DNA of 34,874 nucleotides, taken from assembly GCA_021820025.1 (NCBI GenBank), contig JAKAEF010000001.1, forward strand, positions 1-34,874, in the 5' to 3' direction. Source of the DNA: a bacterium (GTDB taxonomy: Bacteria > Patescibacteriota > Microgenomatia > Levybacterales > UBA12049). Below the pieces are notes generated by a model that saw only the letters and a program-made list of their open reading frames with translations, was not told where the DNA came from and made no database searches. Positions 34,616 through 34,874 of the stretch are shown piece by piece (positions within the stretch are counted from its first letter, which is position 1; every line of letters starts with the position of its first letter). Both the position numbers and the translations under genes were made by a program.

Positions 34616-34658
34616 AACAGGCGAAAACACGTGGTGCAAACCATCTGTTTTTTGTTTT
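34616..34658 (+). terminator. candidate intrinsic terminator downstream of the GAF-ANTAR gene
   Basis: The outer stem is AACAG/CTGTT. It encloses an inner hairpin GTGGT-GCAA-ACCAT (GNRA-type loop) and is followed by TTTTTTGTTTT. Confidence 0.35.
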
Positions 34659-34874
34659 ATGCAGTTAGTCCTAATTTTTTCTTGCCAGAGGTCCTCTCCA
34701 AATAATAAATCAGATTTTGTATCTATCTTCTTGATCTACATTAAGTATTCTTCCAAATGCTTTATAACTGCTTTAATTAATTCTAAAATTTTTTTATTAA
34801 TATTCTCTACATTGTTGAGATTATGTTTGTCCATATTAGTAGATAATTATACACCATTCGTAAAGCTAATCAGA

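Noticed and set aside
1-34874. Search for CRISPR arrays, tRNA/rRNA genes, IS elements or integrases, and long direct or inverted repeats that could flank the compositionally odd genes.
   Set aside because: I saw none by eye. The lysine-poor genes are joined to native-looking neighbours by 1-2 nt gaps rather than by repeat-bounded insertion scars. This visual scan cannot exclude short or degenerate repeats.

Overview
This is an AT-rich, very gene-dense bacterial window with about 31 CDS in 34.9 kb. Many junctions are 1-4 nt gaps or ATGA start/stop overlaps. The K/I/N-rich proteome, class I LysRS, phosphoketolase and archaeal-type CoA enzymes suggest a small-genome Patescibacteria/CPR-like organism; this is inference only. 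I saw no rRNA, tRNA, CRISPR array, transposase or integrase. Housekeeping genes are secA, serS, rdgB, class I lysS, greA, tsaD, coaBC and an RsmB-family methyltransferase. Four things stand out. (i) Two coupled minus-strand gene pairs at 11.8-16.6 kb encode an orphan 392-aa protein plus an HDAC-type amidohydrolase, then a 495-aa pre-ATP-grasp ligase plus an M20 amidohydrolase. Lysine-poor/arginine-rich proteins alternate with lysine-rich/arginine-poor ones. This is my best candidate for an undescribed system. (ii) A CoA-centred block at 17.4-27.2 kb holds a phosphoketolase fused to a CoA-binding domain, an AMP-forming acetyl-CoA synthetase, a lysine-poor GNAT, an archaeal-type pantoate kinase, CoaBC, and a fused archaeal-type PPAT-DUF359 (dephospho-CoA kinase). 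(iii) There are further unusual architectures: LysRS fused to a B3/4 domain, a stand-alone MprF-type DUF2156 protein, and a membrane-anchored solute-binding protein with an H/P/Q-rich repeat tail. (iv) Several promoter-like elements have -10 boxes only 6-9 nt from start codons, implying leaderless mRNAs. All functional calls rest on motifs read by eye from the supplied translations. No database search was possible.
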